This document shows, one piece after another, positions 34,961-43,320 of a stretch of DNA of 62,942 nucleotides. The stretch lies in NCBI GenBank assembly GCA_041663025.1, contig JBAZRE010000004.1:1-62942 (forward strand). Direction: 5' to 3'. Position numbers and translations under genes: made by a program. This DNA comes from Minisyncoccota bacterium (lineage in GTDB: Bacteria; Patescibacteriota; Minisyncoccia; Phycocordibacterales; Phycocordibacteraceae). Under the pieces are notes generated by a model that saw only the letters and a program-made list of their open reading frames with translations, searched no databases and was not told the origin of the DNA. The stretch's first letter is position 1. The number at the start of each line of letters is the position of its first letter.

Positions 34961-36306
34961 AATCCACTTAGGATGTCGATCTCCTGCTGGAAGTCCTTGG
35001 CGAATCGCATCACATTGTCACCATACGGAGCAAAAGCAGGAGTCTTATAATAACTACCGGCAAAATATTTTAGAGCTGCTGTGCGTTCTGCAGTAGGCGT
35101 TTGTGTGGCAGCACCGAGGTCCGTCATATAAAGCGCGATGGCGGTAAACGCGTCTAGATTGTTCCATGGGTTCGCTGGAGAACCCACATGTCCGGCGAGC
35201 TTCGCGATGCGATATTGGTAAGACGTCCAGGTGGAGGGGATAAATTGCGCCGGACCCATCGCACCGCCGTAGCCAGTGGATTGCGGACACGAAACAGGCA
35301 TGGAGAATGGATCAAGTCCTAGTGCTGCGGTGATCGCCATGAATGGATCCACGTCGCGAGTTGGCTTCATTACGCCTCTGAAAATGGTGCCTGTATTCTT
35401 GCCCTTGCCGTCTCCCTTGTTGGGAGAATTCGTGAGGAGGCATTGACCAACGTTTGCACCAAGATTGGTCTCCTGCTTGAGGATGCCAAGAATGAATGCT
35501 GGACGAATACCAGTGGCAGCTCCCGCCTGCTTCGCGAGCGTGACAGCCGTCGGGAACGGTATCTGCCCACCACCGCCAGCGAGGGCGAAAAGCTCGGTGC
35601 GAATCTGTGCGGCAGTCTTCTGGCTGGTGGCGATAAGCTTCTGGTAGTTCGCCTCAAGACCCTTGGTCTGTGTGAGGAGATGTTGTTTCTGTGCCTCCTG
35701 AGTTTGTACCGCCTGTTTGGCGACTTGTGCAACCTGACGCAATTGTTGCTGCTCTGCCACGCGCGCCTGCAATGCCTCCTTCTCCGCCTCGGTCGAAACA
35801 CTCGTTTGTTGGATCTGATTGAAAGAATCTGCAAGTGAACTCTTTATAGATACAAAGGCATCGAGATCGCTGAAGAAACCCGAGACATCCTGTGAGCCAA
35901 GCGCAACACTAACAACCGAATAATCATCAAGCATCTGCGTTTGACGAAGTATCTGCGCGAGCGACTCTTTCTCTGCGGCAAGCTGTTTCGAGAGCGAGGA
36001 GAGCGTATTATTCCGCACCCCAATATCGCCGTTTAGCTTCGTGATGGTCAGTGTGATTGCTTGGATCTGAAGTTGTGTTTTCTTGATCTCGGCATTGAAG
36101 GCATTGATCTGTGTCTGAAGTGTTTGGTGTTGGTTTTGTGCAACATCAAGGAGCTTTTGCTGGTCTGCAATTTGACTCTCGAGCTGATTGAGCTGGTTCT
36201 GAAGGTCTTGTTGACGTTGTGAGACCGCTTGCGCAGCATCCTGAGCGTGCGCCCAGACGGGAACGCAAATGAGAACGCAGAAAGTAAGAAGAATAAACCG
36301 ACGCAT
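34957..36306 (-). CDS. Secreted coiled-coil protein with a C-terminal lytic-transglycosylase-like domain
   Basis: Signal-peptide-like N-terminus, about 220 aa of Q-rich coiled coil, then ILKQETNLG...GAMGPAQFIPSTW (MltB/SLT-like). Confidence 0.6.
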   Translation of the reverse strand: MRRFILLTFCVLICVPVWAHAQDAAQAVSQRQQDLQNQLNQLESQIADQQKLLDVAQNQHQTLQTQINAFNAEIKKTQLQIQAITLTITKLNGDIGVRNNTLSSLSKQLAAEKESLAQILRQTQMLDDYSVVSVALGSQDVSGFFSDLDAFVSIKSSLADSFNQIQQTSVSTEAEKEALQARVAEQQQLRQVAQVAKQAVQTQEAQKQHLLTQTKGLEANYQKLIATSQKTAAQIRTELFALAGGGGQIPFPTAVTLAKQAGAATGIRPAFILGILKQETNLGANVGQCLLTNSPNKGDGKGKNTGTIFRGVMKPTRDVDPFMAITAALGLDPFSMPVSCPQSTGYGGAMGPAQFIPSTWTSYQYRIAKLAGHVGSPANPWNNLDAFTAIALYMTDLGAATQTPTAERTAALKYFAGSYYKTPAFAPYGDNVMRFAKDFQQEIDILSGF

Positions 36307-36321
36307 TGCCGGTTTATTTTA

Positions 36322-36960
36322 TCATGCCGCTGGTGTTTCTTCGGCTTCCTCCTTACCCTTCTTCTCAACCTCAATCGAGGCGATATCCGCTGGTGCAACA
36401 ACTTCTTCCTTCTCTTCAACAACCTCTTGCACGAGCGCGACAACTTCTTCTGGCTCAGTGACGAGCGCGACACCTGAAGGGAGCACCAAATCTCTAGCGT
36501 GGATCTGGTCGTCGACTGCCACAAGTACTGAAATATCAACCTCGATATTGTGTGGGAGCGACATCGGATCTGCCTCCACCTCAATTTCATGGAGTACCTT
36601 CACGAGGTTTGCTCCAGCCTCAACTGCTGGTGACTCACCAACGAATACGAGTGGAATAGCGACTTCAACCTTCTCGCCCTTCGTAATTGCATAGAAATCG
36701 ACGTGGCGCGGGTGGTTCGTCAGCGGATCATAATCAACATCGTGAATGAGCGTAGGGAGCGCTGCGCCAATACCAGCGAGTGAGATAACCGTCGCTTCGC
36801 CAGCTTCCTTCAGAACCTTTTCAAAAGCAATTGCTGGTATCGTAATCGGCGTCGCCTTGTGGTGTGCACCATAAACAACTCCAGGGATAGAGCCCGCGCG
36901 GCGGATTACCGCCGCGCTCGCGCCGTCTTCGGTTCGCTTCTCAACTTGCAGAGTCAACAT
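36322..36960 (-). CDS. rplY: 50S ribosomal protein L25 / general stress protein Ctc form
   Basis: LTLQVEKRTE...RRAGSIPGVVYG followed by an acidic C-terminal tail. ATG at 36960 preferred over the TTG at 36969. Confidence 0.8.
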   Translation of the reverse strand: MLTLQVEKRTEDGASAAVIRRAGSIPGVVYGAHHKATPITIPAIAFEKVLKEAGEATVISLAGIGAALPTLIHDVDYDPLTNHPRHVDFYAITKGEKVEVAIPLVFVGESPAVEAGANLVKVLHEIEVEADPMSLPHNIEVDISVLVAVDDQIHARDLVLPSGVALVTEPEEVVALVQEVVEEKEEVVAPADIASIEVEKKGKEEAEETPAA

Positions 36961-37015
36961 GTCGCCCAAGTATGCCGCATCTCACCATTTTCCGCAACCT
37001 GCCGTAACTTTCCCA

Positions 37016-37040
37016 ATGTAGGACGTCCGACGTCCTACAT
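37016..37040. repeat. REP-like palindrome family C, copy upstream of RAYT-C (ATGTAGGACGTC-C-GACGTCCTACAT)
   Basis: Perfect 25-nt palindrome, 18 nt upstream of the RAYT-C start. Confidence 0.88.
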
Positions 37041-37058
37041 GAATGGTATGATTGAAGT

Positions 37059-37736
37059 GTGGAACTTTACCATGTGATAAACAGAGGGGTTGAGGGGCGT
37101 AATATTTTTCTTGATACGCAAGATTATTCGCGTTTCGTTCATGATCTTTATGAGTTCAATGACACTGCTCCAGCACTTGAATTCAATCATGCAATCTCTC
37201 GCGGTTCAAATGTAGGACGTCCGACGTCCTACATTCGTAAACGACTCGTAGACATTCATGGTTGGGAATTGATGAAAAACCATTTCCACCTTTTGCTTTC
37301 GGAGTGTATCGAAAATGGAATAACACTCTTCTTAAGTAAGATGAGTGGTTATGCGAGATACTTCAACGAACGACACGAGCGACATGGACATCTCTATCAA
37401 GGAAAAACAAAGAAAATACTTATCGCGCAGCAAGAGCATTTTCTTTATGCGCTTCATTATCTTCATTTAAATTCTCTTGATTATCTTCCTGGCGCAAAGA
37501 AGTGGCGTGAACGTGATAAAGGCATGATATCGGATATACCGAAAGCACTGGACTACCTCCAAAATTATCGTTGGAGCAGTTATCCAGACTATTGCGGCAA
37601 AAAGAATTTTCCATCAATCCTCACTACATCGCTTTTTGCTAATGCCTTTGGCACTGATTATGCATCTGCTCTGAAAGAATATCTGACGGATCGAATTACC
37701 AATGAAGATTTAGAATACATAGAATTTGAGCCGTAG
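37059..37736 (+). CDS. RAYT-like HUH/Y1 transposase (COG1943 / IS200-like), paralog C (GTG start)
   Basis: (M)ELYHVINRGVEGRNIFLDTQDYSRF, HUH motif NHFHLLL, Tyr motif HYLHLNSL. Closest to paralog A. Confidence 0.8.
   Translation: MELYHVINRGVEGRNIFLDTQDYSRFVHDLYEFNDTAPALEFNHAISRGSNVGRPTSYIRKRLVDIHGWELMKNHFHLLLSECIENGITLFLSKMSGYARYFNERHERHGHLYQGKTKKILIAQQEHFLYALHYLHLNSLDYLPGAKKWRERDKGMISDIPKALDYLQNYRWSSYPDYCGKKNFPSILTTSLFANAFGTDYASALKEYLTDRITNEDLEYIEFEP
37209..37233. repeat. Family C palindrome inside the RAYT-C ORF (encodes NVGRPTSY)
   Basis: Identical 25-mer, in-frame, at the position homologous to the family A hairpin inside RAYT-A. Confidence 0.88.
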
Positions 37737-37740
37737 AATC

Positions 37741-37765
37741 ATGTAGGACGTCGGACGTCCTACAT
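37741..37765. repeat. Family C palindrome downstream of RAYT-C, overlapping the fba stop codon
   Basis: ATGTAGGACGTC-G-GACGTCCTACAT. The last fba codon (ATG) and TAG stop (37760..37765) lie inside it. Confidence 0.88.
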
Positions 37766-38752
37766 TAGAACTGAGGAGAGTTTGGAGAGACGAGAGAGGA
37801 AAGCGGCGCGAGCAGCAGGAATGTTTTCTTCTTTCCCTCTCCAGAGTGCAAGTGCCTCTTCTTGAATGGCACGTGAGTAAGAAAAGGTCATTGGCCACGG
37901 GGCGTTAACTTCTTTCGCTCGACGGATTATCGCAGACAAGTTGTCTGTTGCCTGATCAGGCGTCTGCCCTCCAGAGAGAAAGACGATACCAGCCACTTGT
38001 GACGGGATACTCGCGACGAGTGCCGCAACAGTATCTTCGGCAACTTCTTCTGGTGTATCTTTCTTCTTGTTTTCATTGCCCGAAAGCGCCATAGAGGTCT
38101 TCACGATCACGCTGGCGCGGTCAACTGAATGTTCGGCAAGTACTGAAAAGAGTGTCTGCATCGTCTTTTCAATGGCTGCACGTGCACGCATGCGACTATG
38201 CTTCCCTTCAAGCAGTACTTCTGGCTCGAGAATAGGCACGAGACCACCCGCCTGTGCCTCCTTTGCATAATTCGCGAGCCGTTTCGCGTTCTCGTGGATC
38301 GCCATATCACTGGGCAGATGATCGCCGTCAATGCGAATAATCGCGCGCCACTTGGTAAAGATCGCACCTTGTTTCTTATATAGTGCGAGTCGTTCAGGAA
38401 GATCAAGAAGACCTTGGGTGATGAGCTCTTGCGGACTATCTTGGAGCGGCTCGGTGCCGAGATCAACCTTCACCCCCGGCAAGATGCCACGAGTCGCAAG
38501 CGATTTTGAAAATAATTTCTTATCATTTCCCTTCTGAAGAAGCGTTTCCGAAAAAAGTATGACCCCTGAGAGATATTTTTCGATTCCCTCGGTGCCAATG
38601 AAGAGATCGCGATCTTGCCGACGCATCTCTGCACTCGCGGGAATGCCATATGAAGCGAGGCGCGTTGTCGCGGAGTGCACACTCTCATCTGCAGCAAGAA
38701 TCCCTTTGCCGGATTGGAATAGTGAACGCGCCGTTGCGACAAGATCAGTCAT
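37760..38752 (-). CDS. fba: Fructose-bisphosphate aldolase, class I
   Basis: GKGILAADES motif; 330 aa. Confidence 0.75.
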   Translation of the reverse strand: MTDLVATARSLFQSGKGILAADESVHSATTRLASYGIPASAEMRRQDRDLFIGTEGIEKYLSGVILFSETLLQKGNDKKLFSKSLATRGILPGVKVDLGTEPLQDSPQELITQGLLDLPERLALYKKQGAIFTKWRAIIRIDGDHLPSDMAIHENAKRLANYAKEAQAGGLVPILEPEVLLEGKHSRMRARAAIEKTMQTLFSVLAEHSVDRASVIVKTSMALSGNENKKKDTPEEVAEDTVAALVASIPSQVAGIVFLSGGQTPDQATDNLSAIIRRAKEVNAPWPMTFSYSRAIQEEALALWRGKEENIPAARAAFLSRLSKLSSVLM

Positions 38753-38806
38753 GTATCAAAGTATAACCCTTTATACTTCATACTTTATACTTTATACTCT
38801 ATTCAT
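38753..38806. promoter_or_regulatory. Divergent fba / PfkB-kinase control region with a tandem TATAC(T) array
   Basis: CCCTTTATACTTCATACTTTATACTTTATACT at 38768..38798. TATACT lies 8 nt before the kinase ATG and, on the reverse strand, 7 nt before the fba ATG. Confidence 0.5.
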
Positions 38807-39796
38807 ATGGACTTCATCGCAATAGGAGATACGGTTGTTGACGAATTTATCAGACTTAAAGAAAAGGAGGCAGAGGTGCAGTGCGATACCAATAACGAGA
38901 ATTGCACCATCTCAATGAAGTGGGGCGATAAGATCCCCTACGACTTTACCGTCATGGTGCCGGCCGTCGGGAATGCAGCAAACGCGGCGGTCGCCGCCGC
39001 GCGCCTCGGTCTCTCTGCTGGATTCATTTCAAATGTGGGCAAGGATCATTATGGCGAAGAAATTCTCGCGACATTCTCACACGAAGGTGTTGACACGCGC
39101 TACATTGCCGTCAACGACGGCATCCCGACAAATCACCATTACGTGCTTTGGTACGGCGCCGAACGCACAATCCTCATCCGCCACGAAGCATATCCTCACG
39201 TCATCCCAGAAGGGTTTGTGGCGCCAAAGTGGCTGTATCTCTCCTCGCTTGGCGAACATTCTGAAGCATTTCATACCGAACTCGCGCAGTGGTTACACGA
39301 GCATCCAGAGACCAAGCTCGCTCTACAACCTGGCACGTTTCAGATAAAAATGGGTAGGGAGAAACTCTCTGAACTCTATGCCGCGACTGAGGTAATCGCA
39401 TGCAATAAAGAAGAGGCTGAACGCATTCTTGAGTGTGGCGAAACAGATGTGAAAGAACTTCTAGAAAAAATGCATGCCCTCGGCCCTAAGATAGCCATCA
39501 TTACCGACGGCCCAAATGGCGCGTACGTTTCAGATGGCAACGAAATGCTCAAAGTGCCGATGTATCCTGACTCGAAGCCGCCCGTGGATCGCACAGGTGC
39601 TGGCGACGCAATGACATCAACGTTTGTCATCGCACTCGCGCTCGGCAAGTCGCTCCGCGAGGCGCTCCTCTGGGGACCGGTAAACTCAATGTCGGTTGTG
39701 CAGGAGATTGGTGCACAAAAGGGGCTTCTAACGCGCCAAGCACTTGAAGCATTTCTCGCTGAAGCCCCTTCGACATACACTGTTACCGCACTATAG
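38807..39796 (+). CDS. PfkB-family carbohydrate kinase
   Basis: DRTGAGDAMTSTF (GAGD) motif; ribokinase-like length. Confidence 0.78.
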   Translation: MDFIAIGDTVVDEFIRLKEKEAEVQCDTNNENCTISMKWGDKIPYDFTVMVPAVGNAANAAVAAARLGLSAGFISNVGKDHYGEEILATFSHEGVDTRYIAVNDGIPTNHHYVLWYGAERTILIRHEAYPHVIPEGFVAPKWLYLSSLGEHSEAFHTELAQWLHEHPETKLALQPGTFQIKMGREKLSELYAATEVIACNKEEAERILECGETDVKELLEKMHALGPKIAIITDGPNGAYVSDGNEMLKVPMYPDSKPPVDRTGAGDAMTSTFVIALALGKSLREALLWGPVNSMSVVQEIGAQKGLLTRQALEAFLAEAPSTYTVTAL

Positions 39797-39911
39797 CGAA
39801 GTTGATTATAAAAGTATTTGAGTACGCAACGTTGACGATAATCATGCTCGCTACCGCCCCAATGATAGTGATAAGCAGTACGGCAAAATACGAGTTTATT
39901 TGGTGGTTCAT
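39783..39911 (-). CDS. Possible 42-aa hydrophobic peptide, translationally coupled to tkt (ATGA overlap)
   Basis: Hand-translated MNHQINSYFAVLLITIIGAVASMIIVNVAYSNTFIINFAIVR. Its ATG overlaps the TGA of 39908..40897. Below the ORF-track size cutoff. Confidence 0.3.
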   Translation of the reverse strand: MNHQINSYFAVLLITIIGAVASMIIVNVAYSNTFIINFAIVR

Positions 39912-40897
39912 GCGCGGGTAATAAATGCACGTATCGCATCGACAATAGAAGACTCATCGAGCCCATAATGTTCCAAAAGCTCCTGTGGAGAACCCGACTG
40001 GCCAAACTGATCGTCAATGCCGAGCCGCTTCAGCGGCACCGGATGATGCTCTGCAAGAAATTCTGCAACTGCACTCCCGAAGCCGCCTGCGATCTGATGT
40101 TCCTCAATGGTAATGACGCGGCTCGCGCGCTTCGCCGCCGCGAGGAGCGCTTCAGTATCGAGCGGTTTGATAGTAGGCATATGCATCACGATGGATTCGA
40201 CACCGCCCTCGGCGAGCGCGCGAGCCGCGAGGAGCGCCGTATGGCTCAGTAAGCCGGTTGATAGAATCGCAACCTGTGGCGCGTCCGAATCCCAGAGCGT
40301 GAGCGCCTTCCCTATTTCAAATGGCGTTTCTGATGTGGTGAAAGTCGGCGTCGCCGCGCGACCGAAGCGGATGTAGACAGGACCATCGGTCTTCGCCGCA
40401 GCAACAACCGCCTTACGCGCCTCCTCTGCATCCCCGGGAGCGAGCACGATCATATTCGGCAGCATGCGCATCATGCCGATATCCTCGAGCATCTGATGTG
40501 TTGCGCCATCGGGACCAACCGACACTCCTGCGTGCATGCCGCACACCTTAACCGGCACCTTGTTAAGCGCGATGGTCGTACGAATATGTTCATAATTGCG
40601 ACCCGGGTTGAACGCGGCATAACTCGCGATAAAAGGAATTTTCCCGACTGCCGCCATGCCACTCGCAACTGCTGCCATGTTTTGTTCTGCAACGCCCATT
40701 TCAATAAAACGTTCTGGAAATTCTTTCTGGAACCAGTCGGCGCGAGTACTCTCTGCGAGATCGGCACAGAGCACTACTACGCGCGCATCAGCTCTCCCGG
40801 CTTCAACTGTTCCCGTCCCAAACCCATCGCGCGTCGGCGCTTGCTCGATATCATCCGCGAATACTTTTGCGGAGAGTTTTGCATCTTGGTTAAGCAT
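39908..40897 (-). CDS. tkt: Transketolase, C-terminal (pyrimidine-binding) subunit
   Basis: Split-tkt organisation; FIEMGVAEQNM motif. Confidence 0.88.
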   Translation of the reverse strand: MLNQDAKLSAKVFADDIEQAPTRDGFGTGTVEAGRADARVVVLCADLAESTRADWFQKEFPERFIEMGVAEQNMAAVASGMAAVGKIPFIASYAAFNPGRNYEHIRTTIALNKVPVKVCGMHAGVSVGPDGATHQMLEDIGMMRMLPNMIVLAPGDAEEARKAVVAAAKTDGPVYIRFGRAATPTFTTSETPFEIGKALTLWDSDAPQVAILSTGLLSHTALLAARALAEGGVESIVMHMPTIKPLDTEALLAAAKRASRVITIEEHQIAGGFGSAVAEFLAEHHPVPLKRLGIDDQFGQSGSPQELLEHYGLDESSIVDAIRAFITRA

Positions 40898-41735
40898 GGC
40901 GGATTTCTTTTAGAAAACGCTCTCCTTCTTCAGCTGTCGGCGGCTTGCCGTGCCAATGATAATCACCTTCTATTTCTGGCACTCCCTTGCCGGAGATGGT
41001 GTGCGCGATAATCAATGTCGGCTTCTCGCTAATCGCCTTCGCCTCGTCGATTGCTGCAATAAAAGCCGCGATGTTGTGCCCATCAACTTCAAGCACGTGC
41101 CAATTGAATGCACGGTACTTATCCGCAAGCGGCTCAAGCGGCATGACGTCTTCTGTTGTCCCATCAATCTGGATATTGTTGCGATCCATGATCGCCGTCA
41201 GATTTGAGAGTTTATTTTTCCCGATGAACATCGCTGCCTCCCACACACTTCCTTCTTCTTGTTCGCCATCGCTCATGAGGCAATAGATGCGAGGTTGAAA
41301 ATTGGGGATTGAAAATTGAAAATTCTTAAAAGCATACGCCATGCCAGCTGCTTGCGAGAGACCTTCGCCAAGAGGCCCTGAAGTCGTCTCGATCCCTGGT
41401 AGTAGGAGACGGTCTGGGTGCCCTTGCAAGCGGCTGCCGAACTTCCGCAGGGTGATACATTCGGAAACGGAGAAATAGCCCGCGTGCGCCATCGCGGCAT
41501 AGAGCACAGGGCAAATGTGGCCGTTAGAGAGTATGAGTCGATCACGTTCTTCCCACTCTGGATTCTTAGGATCGTGATTGAGAATATGAAAATAAAATGC
41601 CGCAAAAATATCCGCCATGCCGAGAGGGCCAGCAGTGTGCCCACTACCTGCCGCGACAAGCATTTTGATTATCGTCTCACGGATGGATGTTGCGTGTTTT
41701 TCGAGCGTGCGTGTTTGTTCATCGGTCAGAGCCAT
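40890..41735 (-). CDS. tkt: Transketolase, N-terminal (TPP-binding) subunit
   Basis: GSGHTAGPLGMADI...SNGH...GDGEQEEG motifs. 8-nt overlap with the C-terminal subunit gene. Confidence 0.88.
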   Translation of the reverse strand: MALTDEQTRTLEKHATSIRETIIKMLVAAGSGHTAGPLGMADIFAAFYFHILNHDPKNPEWEERDRLILSNGHICPVLYAAMAHAGYFSVSECITLRKFGSRLQGHPDRLLLPGIETTSGPLGEGLSQAAGMAYAFKNFQFSIPNFQPRIYCLMSDGEQEEGSVWEAAMFIGKNKLSNLTAIMDRNNIQIDGTTEDVMPLEPLADKYRAFNWHVLEVDGHNIAAFIAAIDEAKAISEKPTLIIAHTISGKGVPEIEGDYHWHGKPPTAEEGERFLKEIRHA

Positions 41736-41737
41736 TT

Positions 41738-41771
41738 CCCCATTATACCTTATACTTTTCCCCTTTATACT
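41738..41771. repeat. TATAC-type repeat block (CCCCATTATACCTTATACTTTTCCCCTTTATACT)
   Basis: Homologous to 43855..43886. Contains the reverse-strand TATAAT 6 nt before the tkt-N ATG. Confidence 0.7.
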
Positions 41772-41773
41772 TT

Positions 41774-42490
41774 TTAAACGCCGTACGGGCTTTGTAACTC
41801 CTCAAACGCCTCGACAATGGCCACAGGATCTTTTGCACGCGCCAGAGCGGAGCCGATGATGAGATTCGTCACGCCAAGCGCGATGAGTTCTCTCGCATTT
41901 TCAAGCGAGATACCACCATCGACTTGCAAAGGAATCTCCGGATGACGACTGTGGAATACACGCACCTTTTCCAAAACACGCCGATCGAAGGGCTGTCCTT
42001 GCCGACCTATTTGCGCGATGCCCATAAACTGCACATATGAAATTTGTTCGAGACACGGCTCGATGATGGCGAGGTCACTCGTAATGTTAAGTGCGAGACC
42101 GAATGAGACGACAGACCCATACTGCCTCTCTGCGTACGAGAAAAGCCGTGGTAAATCGGTTGTACTCTCGGCATGGAAGGTGAGTCGTGTCGCACCAAGT
42201 GCGAGCCACGCGGCGGCGGCATGCTCTGCATCGAGACACATGAGGTCAATCTCATACGCCAGGTCGTGGAGTCGCGGAAGCATCTCCCCTTTTTGCGCCA
42301 TTACGTCAAGCTCTGAGGACTTGCCCTTCGTAGCCTCGGCGAAGAAGGGCCACGATGCTGGTGTTGCGAAGCGACCGTCAACTACATCGATCTGTACTCG
42401 GTTGATTGAAGGAATCCGGGAAAACAATGAGAGTTTCTCCTCGAGATCTTTCTGAGAAGAAGGGAGCACTGCCGGAACGACGAGGCTCAT
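41774..42490 (-). CDS. rpe: Ribulose-phosphate 3-epimerase family protein
   Basis: IDVVDGRFA...VDGGISLENA...IIGSAL barrel motifs. ATG at 42490 chosen to avoid overlap with the pilin gene. Confidence 0.6.
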   Translation of the reverse strand: MSLVVPAVLPSSQKDLEEKLSLFSRIPSINRVQIDVVDGRFATPASWPFFAEATKGKSSELDVMAQKGEMLPRLHDLAYEIDLMCLDAEHAAAAWLALGATRLTFHAESTTDLPRLFSYAERQYGSVVSFGLALNITSDLAIIEPCLEQISYVQFMGIAQIGRQGQPFDRRVLEKVRVFHSRHPEIPLQVDGGISLENARELIALGVTNLIIGSALARAKDPVAIVEAFEELQSPYGV

Positions 42491-42521
42491 GCCGGTAGTA
42501 TAGAACAGAAAAAAGGTTACG

Positions 42522-43013
42522 TTACCAACCTGATGCGCCGGGCGTATAGACTGCACATGAATTAGCGCGAAAGGGATCAGGGATCTTCGTCGTCCCAATC
42601 GGGCCTGTGCAATCGACTGAGCCAGCAGTACAGCTGTAAAACATAAACTTGTAGTTTATGGCAGTTCCTGCATAGGTGTAGCAACAGGTGCTGTTACTGA
42701 AATTCATTTGCGAGTCGGTGGGCAAAACAGCAATGTAGGTCGGGGCGAGACCGGGGATATATTCCCCAGCGGTCCAGAAGTTACTGCATTTATTTCTGAA
42801 AGTACCAGAACCCCCCGTTACAGGATAACTTCCATTCGTCGAATAATACATCTCGAGCGCTTGTTGTACACTGATTAAATTAGAGAGTCGTTGTGCGTCA
42901 TATGCCTTGGTGCGTGCGGAATTAAGCGAGGCCAACACAATAGAAGAAAGAAGCCCTATGATGGCAATGACCACCAAGAGTTCTATGAGCGTAAATCCCC
43001 TTCTTGGATTCAT
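42522..43013 (-). CDS. Type IV pilin / pseudopilin-like protein
   Basis: Prepilin cleavage/methylation motif RRGFTLIELLVVIAIIGLL. Confidence 0.85.
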   Translation of the reverse strand: MNPRRGFTLIELLVVIAIIGLLSSIVLASLNSARTKAYDAQRLSNLISVQQALEMYYSTNGSYPVTGGSGTFRNKCSNFWTAGEYIPGLAPTYIAVLPTDSQMNFSNSTCCYTYAGTAINYKFMFYSCTAGSVDCTGPIGTTKIPDPFRANSCAVYTPGASGW

Positions 43014-43204
43014 TTTATGAAGACGGGCGCGACAAACGCGAGGATTGTCGCGAGTACCGCTATTCCCAACAAAACATACTGCGCTCCCTTATCGGTTGAA
43101 GCAAGACCGGTGGCGAACACAAGTCGTGTGAGAAACGACTTTTGCTCTGTTTGGTAGACGGGCTGCGGTTGGGATTCTTCGTTAAATTCAATATTTCCTG
43201 CCAT
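43010..43204 (-). CDS. Small membrane protein (hypothetical)
   Basis: 64-aa ORF with one TM helix. 4-nt overlap with the pilin gene. TATAAT 8 nt upstream of the ATG. Confidence 0.5.
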   Translation of the reverse strand: MAGNIEFNEESQPQPVYQTEQKSFLTRLVFATGLASTDKGAQYVLLGIAVLATILAFVAPVFIK

Positions 43205-43264
43205 GGTAGTTAATTATACAATGTTCAATTTACAGTTTACAATCAATTCACAATGTTTCAAAAA

Positions 43265-43320
43265 CTGAAAATTATGTACTTGAAAATTCATTGTAAATTG
43301 AAAATTGATGTTTGAAAATT
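43265..43320. repeat. Array of four (C/T)TGAAAATT 9-mers spaced 14-18 nt
   Basis: Copies at 43265, 43280, 43298 and 43312. The last copy overlaps the rpiB stop codon. Confidence 0.75.

Noticed and set aside
39376-40017. 213-aa minus-strand ORF spanning the kinase 3' end and the tkt 3' end
   Set aside because: It overlaps two well-supported genes in other frames or strands and has no motifs.
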